The notes under the pieces: model-generated | What the model saw: only the letters and a program-made list of their open reading frames with translations | What the model was told of the DNA's origin: nothing | Database searches by the model: none | Assembly: GCA_965228895.1 (NCBI GenBank) | Contig: OZ245842.1 | Location: 416,001 to 480,000 of the forward strand | DNA from: Alphaproteobacteria bacterium | GTDB lineage: Bacteria > Pseudomonadota > Alphaproteobacteria > SP197 | Direction of reading: 5' to 3' | DNA: 64,000 bases | Translations under genes and position numbers: made by a program | Shown: positions 18,958 through 28,741 of the stretch, one piece after another | How positions within the stretch are numbered: position 1 is the stretch's first letter | Layout: the number at the start of each line of letters is the position of its first letter

Positions 18958-19809
18958 ATGACGACAGAGATCATCGATGCTCGCGTTCGCCTGCCGCGCC
19001 AGTTCTGGCCCAAAATCGAGGTTCCTGCGGCAATTGCCAATCAGTACGACGCAATTCTGGGCACGGGCGCGACCAAGGCCAAGACCTTCGACGATCTCCT
19101 GGGCGAGATGGAGACCAGCGGCGTCGGTCGCGCGGTGATGCATGCCGAATTCGAAGTCGGCGATCCGGCGGACGCCATGAACCAGGCGGTTGCCAAGATT
19201 GTGCGCGAGCAGGAGGGGCGCTTCCTGGGCGTCGGCGGCGTCTCGCTCGAGCATGTCAACATCAGCCGCATGCTGAGCCAGGTTGAGGAATGCCACGATG
19301 CGGGTTTTGTCGGCGTCGGATTGCAGCCCGCCTTCTTTGGCATGTCGCTCGACGATCGCCGGCTCTATCCGCTTTATGCCCGAGCCCAGCAACTCGGCCT
19401 CATCGTCTTCCTGCACACCGGCGTCAATTACAGCCGCATGCATCCCATGCGTCATGACCAGCCGCTTCTGATCGACGACATCGCGTGCGATTTTCCGGAA
19501 CTTCGGATTGTGGCCTGCCATGCCGGCTGGCCCTGGGTATCGGAAATGGTGGCTGTGGCGCGCAAGCATCCGACGGTTTTCTTGGAGTTTGGCGGTTTGG
19601 CCCCAAAGTACCTTGGTACGGGAGGGACAGGCTGGGAGGTCATGTTCCGTTTTATGAACAGCCTGCTGGGCGATCAGATTCTCTACGGCACTGACTGGCC
19701 GGTCATTGGCATGGAGCGGGCAGTTGGTGAATGGAAGGAACTTGGTCTAAAGGAACAGGTCCTGGAGAAAGCGCTGTCGGGCAACGCCAGCCGGCTGTTT
19801 GAACTGTAA
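18958..19809 (+). CDS. Amidohydrolase_2 family protein
   Basis: YPLY...IVFLHTG...DFPELRIVACHAGWPW...ILYGTDWP...NASRLF; N-terminal HxH is replaced by DARVR. Confidence 0.88.
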   Translation: MTTEIIDARVRLPRQFWPKIEVPAAIANQYDAILGTGATKAKTFDDLLGEMETSGVGRAVMHAEFEVGDPADAMNQAVAKIVREQEGRFLGVGGVSLEHVNISRMLSQVEECHDAGFVGVGLQPAFFGMSLDDRRLYPLYARAQQLGLIVFLHTGVNYSRMHPMRHDQPLLIDDIACDFPELRIVACHAGWPWVSEMVAVARKHPTVFLEFGGLAPKYLGTGGTGWEVMFRFMNSLLGDQILYGTDWPVIGMERAVGEWKELGLKEQVLEKALSGNASRLFEL

Positions 19810-19877
19810 CCGGATGAGATTGATGCAGAGTTTCATGGAGATGTTGTTGACTAAGAATAGTCGCGCCGAGGTGTTTC

Positions 19878-20717
19878 ATGCGTAAGCGACGCGCGGACGG
19901 CGCCGCGGCGGCAGAGGTCAGCCCGAAATCCGCCGATAAGACCAGCGGACGTGACAGTCAGTTCGGTCAGGGGATAGGACGGGCCTTCGCCATTCTGCGC
20001 TGCTTTCGTGATGGCGAGGTTGGGCTCAGCAACAAGCTCATCGCCGAGCGAACCGGTATGCCCCAGTCGACCGCTTCCCGGCTGGCGTACACCTTGCTTG
20101 AATTGGGTTACCTGACCTACTCCGACGAGGACGCAACCTATCGGCTCGGTCCCGGCGTCGTCTCGCTGGCATCGCCGATCCTCTCGGGGCTTGGCTTTCG
20201 TCAGCGTGCGCGTGAGCTCATGCAGGACTTGGCCAACGAAAGCCAGGCGACTGTTGCTCTCGGTGGGCGGCAAGGGTTGCGTATGGTGTACCTGGAGTGC
20301 CGCCACAGCCGCGATGTCGTGCTGATCAGTTGCGAAATTGGCATGAGCGTGCGCATGGCGACGACCGCTATCGGTCGCGCCTATCTCTATGCCCTGCCCG
20401 AAAAGGAACGCGCGCCGCTGCTTGCCGAGATTGAAACGTCATCGGGCGATGACTGGCCGTCTATCAAGGCGCGCATCGATCAGGGGTTTGCGGACATCGC
20501 CGACTACGGGTTCTGCTTGTCGATCGGCGAGTTCCGTCCGGAGATCAACGTCGTCGCCGCGCCACTTCGCTACGAACCCTCCGGCGATATCTACGGCATC
20601 AACTGCGGCGGTCCGGCAAGTATCGTGACACCCAAGCGTATGGAAAGCCGCATCGGTCCGCGGCTTGTCGAAATCGCACGCGAAATCGCGCTGACGGACG
20701 CCATGGAACAGACATGA
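19878..20717 (+). CDS. IclR-family transcriptional regulator
   Basis: RAFAILRCF...LIAERTGMPQSTASRLAYTLLELGYL HTH; TAIGRAYL; GEFRPEINVVAAP. Confidence 0.93.
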   Translation: MRKRRADGAAAAEVSPKSADKTSGRDSQFGQGIGRAFAILRCFRDGEVGLSNKLIAERTGMPQSTASRLAYTLLELGYLTYSDEDATYRLGPGVVSLASPILSGLGFRQRARELMQDLANESQATVALGGRQGLRMVYLECRHSRDVVLISCEIGMSVRMATTAIGRAYLYALPEKERAPLLAEIETSSGDDWPSIKARIDQGFADIADYGFCLSIGEFRPEINVVAAPLRYEPSGDIYGINCGGPASIVTPKRMESRIGPRLVEIAREIALTDAMEQT

Positions 20718-20820
20718 CGACGTCCCGTCTCATCAAGGTAAGGACTTGTGCACGCCCAGCGTGGTGCGGCTTCACAGATGTGATTTTGATCATCTTTGAC
20801 CCGATGCACAGGACACCAGC

Positions 20821-21939
20821 TTGGAGCGCCTTCTCGTGAAGGTCACCGCAGCCGTTACGCCGTCTCCGTCGGCGCCTTTCGCGGTCGGCTCCCTTGATCT
20901 GGAAGGTCCCCGGCCCGGTGAGATCCTCGTACGCGTGATCGCCAGCGGCATGTGCCATACCGATTTGGTCGTTCGCGACCAACACTACCCGTTTCCTCTG
21001 CCGGGCGTGCTGGGTCATGAGGGCGCGGGCGTGGTCGATGCGGTAGGAACTGGCGTCGCCAAGGTGCAACCCGGCGATCACGTGGTCATGAGTTACGGCG
21101 CCTGCGGATGCTGCCATCAATGTCTGCAGGGCGAACCCGCATATTGCCAGGACTTTGTCACAGCCAACCTTGGTGCCGTCCGGGCGGACGGCAGTGTGTT
21201 GTATTCGGACAGGGGCAATCCCGTTCACGGGAACTTTTTTCAGCAGTCTTCCTTTGCAACGCACGCCATCTGCCGCGAGCAAAACATCGTTAGGGTACCC
21301 AAAGATGTACCGATCGACATACTTGGACCATTGGGGTGTGGCATCCAGACCGGGGCTGGTGCGGTGATGAACAACTTCAAACCCCGCGCCGGGTCATCGC
21401 TTGTCGTCTTCGGTGCAGGTTCGGTGGGCCTGTCGGCGATCATGGCCGCCAAAGTCGTCGGTTGCGGCAAGATCATCGCCGTCGACGTCAAGCAAAGCCG
21501 TCTCGATATGGCCAAAAAGCTGGGTGCTACCGACACGCTTGATCCCACCCAAGCCGACGATCCCGTCGCCTGGTTGTTGGACGCAACTGAGGGTGGTGCG
21601 GACTTCTCGTTGGAGGCAACCGGCCTGCCGGCTGTCGTACGGCAGGCGGTGGATTGCCTCAATGTTCGCGGCGTATGCGGCGTTGTCGGTGCCCCCGCCG
21701 TCGGTACGGAAGTCAGTCTCGACGTCAACAGTCTGCTCTTCGGGCGCACCGTTCGCGGGATCATCGAGGGCGACAGCATTCCCGATGTTTTCATTCCACA
21801 GTTGATCGAACTGTACGCGCAAGGTCGTTTCCCGTTCGACAGACTGATCAGCTTTTACGACCTCGACGCCATCAATCAGGCGGCAGAGGACAGCGAAACC
21901 GGAGAGGTCATCAAGCCGGTCATTCGCATGCCGAGTTGA
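20821..21939 (+). CDS. Zn-dependent aryl/benzyl-alcohol dehydrogenase
   Basis: GMCHTD, GHEGAG, CGCCHQC...C, FFQQSSFAT, PLGCGIQTGAGAV, GRFPFDRL (XylB/AreB-like); start could be GTG 20836. Confidence 0.92.
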   Translation: MERLLVKVTAAVTPSPSAPFAVGSLDLEGPRPGEILVRVIASGMCHTDLVVRDQHYPFPLPGVLGHEGAGVVDAVGTGVAKVQPGDHVVMSYGACGCCHQCLQGEPAYCQDFVTANLGAVRADGSVLYSDRGNPVHGNFFQQSSFATHAICREQNIVRVPKDVPIDILGPLGCGIQTGAGAVMNNFKPRAGSSLVVFGAGSVGLSAIMAAKVVGCGKIIAVDVKQSRLDMAKKLGATDTLDPTQADDPVAWLLDATEGGADFSLEATGLPAVVRQAVDCLNVRGVCGVVGAPAVGTEVSLDVNSLLFGRTVRGIIEGDSIPDVFIPQLIELYAQGRFPFDRLISFYDLDAINQAAEDSETGEVIKPVIRMPS

Positions 21940-22034
21940 TGACCGTAAGTTCGTCCTCTCTTTAGCGGGATGCGCCGTTGATGCATGCCCAAACTGGCCG
22001 GAAGGCTCCATTCACAGAACAGGTGAGGCAAACC

Positions 22035-22421
22035 GTGCGACATATCGAGTTGGGTGAAAAGCACAAATCCAGCGGCTACAGCCAGGCGATCGAAGTTGGC
22101 GGTTCCGGCCGGCGACTGCTCATCGCGGGCCAGGTCGGAGTCGATTCCGAAGGCAATCTGCCGGAAGACATCGAGGGGCAGACGAAAGCCTGCTTTCAGA
22201 ACATCTTTGACATCCTCGATGCGGCCGGCATGTCGAAACACGACCTGGTGCGACATGTCGTCTACGCAACGCAGAGCGACAAAGAGACACTCAAGTCATA
22301 TCGAAAGGTGCGCGACGAGATGATGCAGGGGCATCTGATGACCGCCACCTTCGTTGGTATCCAGGCGCTCGCCCATCCGAAACTCTTGATCGAGATCGAA
22401 GCTGAAGCCGTCGCTGACTAG
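22035..22421 (+). CDS. RidA/YjgF family protein
   Basis: YSQAI...IAGQVG...QTKACFQNI...LAHPKLLIEIEAEA. Confidence 0.88.
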   Translation: MRHIELGEKHKSSGYSQAIEVGGSGRRLLIAGQVGVDSEGNLPEDIEGQTKACFQNIFDILDAAGMSKHDLVRHVVYATQSDKETLKSYRKVRDEMMQGHLMTATFVGIQALAHPKLLIEIEAEAVAD

Positions 22422-22441
22422 ACACACGAAGGTTTTGCACA

Positions 22442-23230
22442 ATGGCGACGTCAACGTCTCTCAAGTCTCTCTTTGACCTCGGCGATCAAGTGGCGGTCGT
22501 GACGGGTGGCTCGCGTGGCCTGGGTTTCCAAGTGGCTGAGGCCCTTGCCGAATTCGGTGCGAACCTGATGCTGGTAGCGCGCAAGGAGAAAGATCTCCAC
22601 GAAGCGGCAGAGATGCTTCGAGGCTACGATCATCGCGTAGAGTGTATTGCTGCTGATCTGACTGATCCAGCGGCCGCCAAAACGGTTACGACGGCGACAC
22701 TCGATCACTTCGGGCGCATTGACATTCTCGTCAACAATGCCGGAGCCACCTGGGGCGCGCCTGCCGAAGAGTACCCACTTGATGCCTGGCAAAAGCTGTT
22801 GTCGACAAATCTCACCGGGCCCTTCCTGCTGACGCAAGAAATCGGACGACGGGCGATGATCCCATCGAGTTCGGGCTGTGTCGTCAACATTGCCTCCGTT
22901 GCCGGGCTCCAAGGTCATCATCACGCGATGGTGGGCACGATCGGCTACAACGCGACCAAAGGTGCCATGGTGAACTTCACGCGTGCCTTGGCCGCTGAGT
23001 GGGGACAATACGGAATCCGCGTCAATGCCCTTGCCCCCGGCTTCTTCCCGTCGAAGATGACCAAGGCCACACTCGAACGCTATGAGGCGGATCTCATTTC
23101 ACGGACCCCTCTCGGCAAGCTAGGAGGTAATGCGGATCTGAAGGGTGCTGCGCTCCTATTTGCCTCCGACGCGGGAAGTCACATCACAGGTCAGGTCCTG
23201 ACAGTTGATGGTGGCGCTATCGTCGTATGA
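22442..23230 (+). CDS. Short-chain dehydrogenase/reductase (gluconate 5-dehydrogenase-like)
   Basis: TGGSRGLG, NNAG, YNATK, VNALAPG. Confidence 0.93.
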   Translation: MATSTSLKSLFDLGDQVAVVTGGSRGLGFQVAEALAEFGANLMLVARKEKDLHEAAEMLRGYDHRVECIAADLTDPAAAKTVTTATLDHFGRIDILVNNAGATWGAPAEEYPLDAWQKLLSTNLTGPFLLTQEIGRRAMIPSSSGCVVNIASVAGLQGHHHAMVGTIGYNATKGAMVNFTRALAAEWGQYGIRVNALAPGFFPSKMTKATLERYEADLISRTPLGKLGGNADLKGAALLFASDAGSHITGQVLTVDGGAIVV

Positions 23231-23456
23231 CGAACGACATGCGCCTATTCGGAACCAGAATTCCGACAGAACCAATGCGCATTTGGCGTGATTGGATCGG
23301 CCACTGCCAATGCATGCGGACCGTCAATATGATGCCTTAGCATCCTCATTGGCGATGGTATGTTTCCCTGATCCGCTAGATGAAAATCCCTGTTCGCATG
23401 CGTAGGAATTCGTCGCCAAGCTTTCGAAAACACTGCAAAAGCTGGAGCAGGAAGCT

Positions 23457-24632
23457 TGGTATCGGGCACAAATCGCTGAGCCTTTGATTGAGCATCTTGG
23501 CTTCGATCGCCGTCGCGCTTTGGATCGCGCGCGTGAATTGCTTAGCGAACTTGGTATCGCCCGGACTAAGGACGTCGCTTCCGCCTGCCCACACTAGCTC
23601 AGCGGCGGTATGAAGCAGAGGGCGCTGATTGCGGTTGCGCTTAGCTGCGAACCTTCGTTTATCATCCTTGACGAGCCGACGACGGCGTTGGACGTGACAA
23701 TCGAGGCGCAAATCCTCGATATGCTAGCGGACTTGCGGAAACGGCATCACCTAAGTCTGATGTTCATTAGACACAACCTGGCGGTAATACGGCAAGTCTG
23801 CGACAAGGTGTGTGTTCTTTACGCGGGCGAACTCGTGGAGTGGGGCAATGTCGATGAGGTGTTTGACGAACCGTCCCACCCCTACACGAAGGGGCTTCTT
23901 GCATCACTGCCGCGCCTTTCGCCCGAAGCTGAGAAGGAACGCCTGACGTCAATCCCTGGAGGTGTCCCAAGTCTTATCCACGTTCCGCAAGGCTGCATCT
24001 TCGCGTCACGCTGTCCCTATGCTGAACCGGCCTGCCAGGCGCAGGAGCAGTCGTTGCGCGATGTGAGTCCTGAACGCCTATCACGATGCTGGAAGGCGGA
24101 GCAACTGTGGCACCAACCTTGGCCACGCGCGGAGGCCGACAAGGGTGTCGGTGGTGCGCGCTGGACCGGCGACACGCTTGCGGAAGTTGAAGATCTCAGA
24201 AAGGTCTACCGCATCGGCAGCTTCTGGGATCGCCTGAAGCTCAAGCGTACAGAAAGTGGTAGGCTTTCATTCGCAGAACCGCGTCAGATCGTAGCGGTGG
24301 ATCGGGTCTCACTTGAAATCCGTAAAGGCGAGGTGCTTGGCCTCGTTGGTGAGAGCGGGTGCGGAAAGACTACGTTCGGTCGATGCCTCGTTCGCCTGAT
24401 CGAGTCATCGAACGGTCGTGTCGAGTTCGATGGCATGGATGTGCTAGGGGCGAAGCGCGATGGCCTGCGACCTTTCCGACGCAATGCCCAGGTTATCTTT
24501 CAGAACCCAGACTCTTCGCTCAATCCGCGCATGACCATTGAGAACATCATCAGCAGACCACTACGGCTCTTCGATATTGTCGAACCTCACGAAGAACCTC
24601 GTCGCGTGGCTGAGTTGCTTGAGTTGGTCCGT
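23457..24632 (+). pseudogene. Truncated dipeptide/oligopeptide ABC ATPase (fused OppD/OppF-type) pseudogene
   Basis: Frame reads ...AQIAEPLIEH...CPH*LSGGMKQR with an in-frame TAG at 23595-23597 where PHQLSGG is expected. The first Walker A is missing and the second domain (GESGCGKT, QVIFQNP) breaks off after ELLELVR. Confidence 0.85.
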
Positions 24633-24669
24633 ACTCCACTTTCGACCCATTCACTCGATCGGCAAGTCT

Positions 24670-24722
24670 TGTCACAGCCAGTCCTGGACGGACTGCACCA
24701 CGCTTATCTGCGGACGGCATAG
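24670..24722 (+). mobile_element. Remnant C-terminus of an integrase-core (rve) transposase
   Basis: ...QPVLDGLHHAYLRTA* resembles the P(I/V)LGGLHHxY end of alphaproteobacterial IS integrase-core proteins; very short. Confidence 0.5.
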
Positions 24723-24739
24723 ATAGCAGGGATAGAGCA

Positions 24740-24955
24740 AGCAATAGCGAGGCTCAGGAGCGCAAAGTCGCTTCAGGAGTTTGCCTCGATCCACTCTTCA
24801 ATCCGCAATCATTTCAATCAGGAACGCCACATCCACAGACGCCAAGACTTCAAACTCTGCCGCCGATCTGCGATGGCGGAGTGGCGTCAACTCGCTGCCT
24901 GATTGATTCTAATCGAGCGGATTTGTTGGTCAGATAGAATTGCTCTGACAGTGCC
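24740..24955 (+). mobile_element. IS6-family remnant: transposase C-terminus plus right inverted repeat
   Basis: RSAKSLQEFASIHSSIRNHFNQERH...FKLCRRSAMAEWRQLAA* (stop at 24900-24902), then TGACAGTGCC at 24946-24955, the reverse complement of the IS6-type GGCACTGT end. Confidence 0.8.
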
Positions 24956-24990
24956 GTTTTGTGACTATGCCTTGTGACAAGGCCTTCCTA

Positions 24991-26079
24991 TCAGCCGTTA
25001 GCCTGTTTGTTGCGCAATCCCGTCGGCACTTGGCAAAACGCGCGCTTGAAACAGCGGCTGAAGTGAGAGGCGTCGGCAAAACCGCAGTCATAGGCAATCT
25101 GCGTTACCGTACGCGTCGTGTGGGTTAGCAACCAGCGGCCGTGTTTTAGCCGCATGGTCCGGTAGTAGGTCTGCGGACTAACACCAAAGCTGCGCCGGAA
25201 ACCGCGTTCGAGTTGTCTCACGCTCGATCCCACACGGCCCGCGATATGCCCGATGGCCGGGGGATTGTTCATATGTTGCTCCATGATGAACACCGCCTTT
25301 CTGACCCGATCGTCGAAGACGTGGAAATAGTCATCGACCATTGGCAACTGCGCGTGATCGGGCGACCGGATTTCGTCGATCACCAGGTGAGGCAGTATCT
25401 TGAGCGCCCGGTCCCTGCCGCAGTGGCGTTCGATCAGCATGGCGGCCAGATCGATTGCTGCGGCGCCGCCGGCACAGGTCACGCGGTCCCGGTCGACGAC
25501 GATGATCTCGTCGGTGATGGTCTGTGCGTTCGGAAATTCCAACTCGAATTCGTGGTCATGATAGCCGTGGACGCAGCATCGATAGCCGTCCAACAGGCCG
25601 GCGCGTGCCAGCACGAAGACGCCGGTGCAAACGCCGACTAGCGGCACGCCTTGGCCGGCGGCGCGCCTGAGATAGGCCAGCGTCGCGGCGTCGTACTCAA
25701 GCTCGTCGCTCAGCAACCCGCCGACAACGACCAGATAGTCGAAACGCGCCGGGTCGGCGAAGGTTTCGGTGTGGGTGATCGTAATACCGCAGCTCGACCG
25801 CACCGGGCGCAGATCGGGTCCGACCACCGACCAGCGACACCGCACCTGGCGGCTTCTATCGCCGACATCGCTGGCGATCCTCAACGCATCGACAAATCCG
25901 GCAAAAGCAAGCAGCGTAAATGCGGGCGTCAGGATAAATCCGACCGTGAGATCGGGTGTCACGTTGCCGGCCCGCTCGTCGTCGGCGGCAAGCACCTCCA
26001 TGAAACCCGGTCGATAGTCGCCGGCCTGGTTTTGCTCGGTCGACCGCCGGTTGGAGCGATATCGGCTTGTTTTGCCCAC
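24991..26079 (-). CDS. GlxA/FtrA-type AraC regulator (DJ-1/GATase domain + AraC HTH)
   Basis: FTLLAFAGFVDALR, GVCTG, TCAGG, RQLERGF...SPQTYY...IAYDCGFADASHFSR; start may be ATG 26001. Confidence 0.93.
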   Translation of the reverse strand: MGKTSRYRSNRRSTEQNQAGDYRPGFMEVLAADDERAGNVTPDLTVGFILTPAFTLLAFAGFVDALRIASDVGDRSRQVRCRWSVVGPDLRPVRSSCGITITHTETFADPARFDYLVVVGGLLSDELEYDAATLAYLRRAAGQGVPLVGVCTGVFVLARAGLLDGYRCCVHGYHDHEFELEFPNAQTITDEIIVVDRDRVTCAGGAAAIDLAAMLIERHCGRDRALKILPHLVIDEIRSPDHAQLPMVDDYFHVFDDRVRKAVFIMEQHMNNPPAIGHIAGRVGSSVRQLERGFRRSFGVSPQTYYRTMRLKHGRWLLTHTTRTVTQIAYDCGFADASHFSRCFKRAFCQVPTGLRNKQANG

Positions 26080-26267
26080 ACCGCGGCTCCCTTACACCTT
26101 GGGCAGCCGGCCAAACACCGGGCGCCGACCGTCAGTCTATGTCGAGTCCATACCGTCGGTCGACTATTGCGTTCTAAGCTGGCGGCCGCGGTGCTCCCAA
26201 GATTTGGCCGGGGCACGATCCACGCTTGCTGTTTGGCCGCCAGGCTCTTGTTGTTGTGGGATATGTC

Positions 26268-27422
26268 ATGAAAATTACCTCGATCGAAGCCTTTCCATTC
26301 CGATTGCCGCCGCGCCGTGAGTTCCGCTGGGCGGGCTTGAAGGTCGATCTTGGCGGTTTTGTTTTCGTGCGTGTTCATAGCGACGATGGACTCTCGGGCA
26401 TCGGCGAAGCGACGCCGCTACCCGATTGGGGCGGCGACTTCAATAGGCGCGGCGGCGAGACGCAGAGGACGGTCGTCGAGATCGTCAAGTCGGTCATCGA
26501 GCCAGTCCTGGTCGGCCTCGATCCGACCGCGATCGAAACCTGCAACGCCGCCATGGACCGGGCTGTGCGCGGCAACAGCTATGCCAAGAATGCCGTCGAT
26601 ATCGCACTGCACGACCTTTGGGGCAAGGCGCTCGGTCAACCGATCTACAAGCTCCTGGGCGGCGCCTTTCGTGACCGGGTGGCGGTAGCCCACATGGTCG
26701 GCATCATGCCCAACGACGATGCGCTCGCCGAGGCCGAAGCAGCGGTTGTCGACGGCATCACCGCATTCCAGATCAAAGGCGGCGAAGACGCGCCCCGCGA
26801 CATTACGCTGATCCATACGTTGCGCGAACGACTGGGGCCCGACATCATGCTCAGGCTAGACATCAACCAGGGATATCGCGACGTTAAGATGGCGATCCAG
26901 GTGCTGGATGCCCTGGCCGACGCAGGCCTCGACTATGTCGAGCAGCCGGCCATCGGCTTTCATGACATGAGCGTGGTGACGGCAAACGTGACCCCGCGTG
27001 TGATTGCCGATGAGACGTGCTGGAACGGTGCCGACGCGCTGGAACTGATCGAGACCCGGGCGGCCGACTGTATCTCGATCTATCTCGCCAAGGCCGGCGG
27101 CATTGCGCCGGCGCGCCAGGTGGCGGCCATCGCGCAGGCTGCCGGCATCGATTGCGATGTCAACGGCTCGATCGAATCGGCGGTCGGCAATGCCGCCAAT
27201 CTGCACGTGGCGCTCGCTATGCCGTCGGTCACCCTGCCGTGTGTCATTCCGGTGAGCGCGCCAGCCGGTCGCCATCCGTGCGATGTCGGCGGTAACTATT
27301 ATAGCGACGACGTTATCGCCGCGCCGTTCGGCTACCAGGAGGGCCGCCTGTTGCCGCTGGACGGTCCGGGCCTCGGTATCGAAATCGACGAGGCCAAGCT
27401 GGAGCGGTTCCGTGAGGATTGA
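26268..27422 (+). CDS. Enolase superfamily enzyme (muconate lactonizing enzyme/epimerase subgroup)
   Basis: GIGEATP, AVDIALHDLWGK...PIYKLLGG; metal ligands DINQ, EQP, ADE; GPGLGIE. Confidence 0.92.
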   Translation: MKITSIEAFPFRLPPRREFRWAGLKVDLGGFVFVRVHSDDGLSGIGEATPLPDWGGDFNRRGGETQRTVVEIVKSVIEPVLVGLDPTAIETCNAAMDRAVRGNSYAKNAVDIALHDLWGKALGQPIYKLLGGAFRDRVAVAHMVGIMPNDDALAEAEAAVVDGITAFQIKGGEDAPRDITLIHTLRERLGPDIMLRLDINQGYRDVKMAIQVLDALADAGLDYVEQPAIGFHDMSVVTANVTPRVIADETCWNGADALELIETRAADCISIYLAKAGGIAPARQVAAIAQAAGIDCDVNGSIESAVGNAANLHVALAMPSVTLPCVIPVSAPAGRHPCDVGGNYYSDDVIAAPFGYQEGRLLPLDGPGLGIEIDEAKLERFRED

Positions 27423-28608
27423 GGCAGGCGAGTTCCGGGCGCGCCAGAAAAACTTCGCCGCGACGTTGATCGCCGCCGGGCTCGACGGCGCCATCGTCGT
27501 GTCGCGCGGCGGCTCGACCCTGGACCGTTATGCCAACGTGCTCTATCTGACCGGCCACTACCAGCACTATAGCTACCTGCCCGAATCGCCGCCGATTTTC
27601 TCAGGCCGGGCGCACAATTGTCTGGTGATCGATGCCGAAGGCGGCAACGTGCTGTGCGTGGCCGTGCCGGAGGTCGACGAGGCAAACGTCGTCGCCGATC
27701 GCATCGCCCATTCCGACCGCTGGGTCGAGACGGTCGCCGTCGCAATCAACGACCTGGGACTGACACACAGCAAGCTCGGCCTGGTCGGCGGCGATGTGCT
27801 GCCCGCCAACCAATGGGACTTGCTGAAGCAGGAATTGCCCGCGGTCCGTTGGTCGGATGTGGAACCGATGCTGAACGAGCTGCGACGCATCAAAAGCCCG
27901 GCCGAGCAGGCGTTGATCCGCGAGGCCTGCCGGATCAACCGGCAGGCGGTGACCGCGTTCTTCGCCGCTGCACGGCCCGGCGCGATGGAAGCCGATTGCG
28001 CGGCCGATGCTCTCGATGTCATCGCCCGACATGGATCCGGTTTTTATTATGCCGCGGTCTCGTCCGGTCCTCACGCTTGGCGCTGGATGACGTCGCCCTT
28101 GCCCGGCTGGTCAAGACGCCAGCTCGAGGCGGGCGACTTGCTGCGCCTCGATCTGGCGAGCGTCTTTGAGGGTTACTTGAGCGATTTTGGCCGCACGATC
28201 GTGGTCGGCGCCACGCCCAGCGACGATCAACGTATGTTGCTCGATGCCCTGCACCAGTCGATTGATTGCGCGATCGATGCGGTGCGTTCCGGTGCGCTGG
28301 TGCGCGACATCGTCGCGGCTGGCGAGCAATCGCTTGAGGACGCCGGCGTTTTGACGGGAGATGTCGCGGAGCCCGGTGTTATGCACGCGTCCTATCCGGC
28401 CCACTGGGGGCACTGCCTGGGACTGGGATGGGAGGAGCCATGGATGGTCGCCGGTAGCGAGGCGGCGATCGAGCCCGGCATGTACGTGGCTATCGAACGG
28501 GCATTGTCACTCGACGGTGTTGGCACCGTGGCGGCGGAGCAGGACCTTCTGGTCGGCGAGCACGCGACGGAGGTTTTGACCGAAGGGTCTGACGGCAGGT
28601 GGTCGTAG
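27412..28608 (+). CDS. M24 metallopeptidase (Xaa-Pro dipeptidase-like)
   Basis: LRRIKSPAEQ, RLDL...GYLSDFGRT, GHCLG, AIER, AAEQ (D/D/H/E/E metal set); GTG start overlaps the upstream gene. Confidence 0.85.
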   Translation: MRIEAGEFRARQKNFAATLIAAGLDGAIVVSRGGSTLDRYANVLYLTGHYQHYSYLPESPPIFSGRAHNCLVIDAEGGNVLCVAVPEVDEANVVADRIAHSDRWVETVAVAINDLGLTHSKLGLVGGDVLPANQWDLLKQELPAVRWSDVEPMLNELRRIKSPAEQALIREACRINRQAVTAFFAAARPGAMEADCAADALDVIARHGSGFYYAAVSSGPHAWRWMTSPLPGWSRRQLEAGDLLRLDLASVFEGYLSDFGRTIVVGATPSDDQRMLLDALHQSIDCAIDAVRSGALVRDIVAAGEQSLEDAGVLTGDVAEPGVMHASYPAHWGHCLGLGWEEPWMVAGSEAAIEPGMYVAIERALSLDGVGTVAAEQDLLVGEHATEVLTEGSDGRWS

Positions 28609-28741
28609 CGGCAGAGCCGGACAACGTTTGCCGTCGTCTCCGTTCCAAACAATGGCCGCCTCGTTCTAAGCGTGACGTCCCGCCGATCGCTAGACTCGTT
28701 ACCCTATCGACATGTTCACGACGACAGCGGGAGGGTTGATC

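Noticed and set aside
23595-23597. Pyrrolysine or readthrough recoding at the in-frame TAG
   Set aside because: The position corresponds to a conserved Gln (CAG to TAG transition) and the gene is also truncated at both ends.
23610-24722. Intact 370-aa ABC ATPase as given in the ORF track
   Set aside because: It starts inside the signature motif after an in-frame stop and ends in unrelated sequence, so it is called a pseudogene.
24958-24986. Short direct repeat TTGTGACTATGCC/TTGTGACAAGGCC next to the IS6 end
   Set aside because: Too short and imperfect to call a target-site duplication, and the other IS end is missing.
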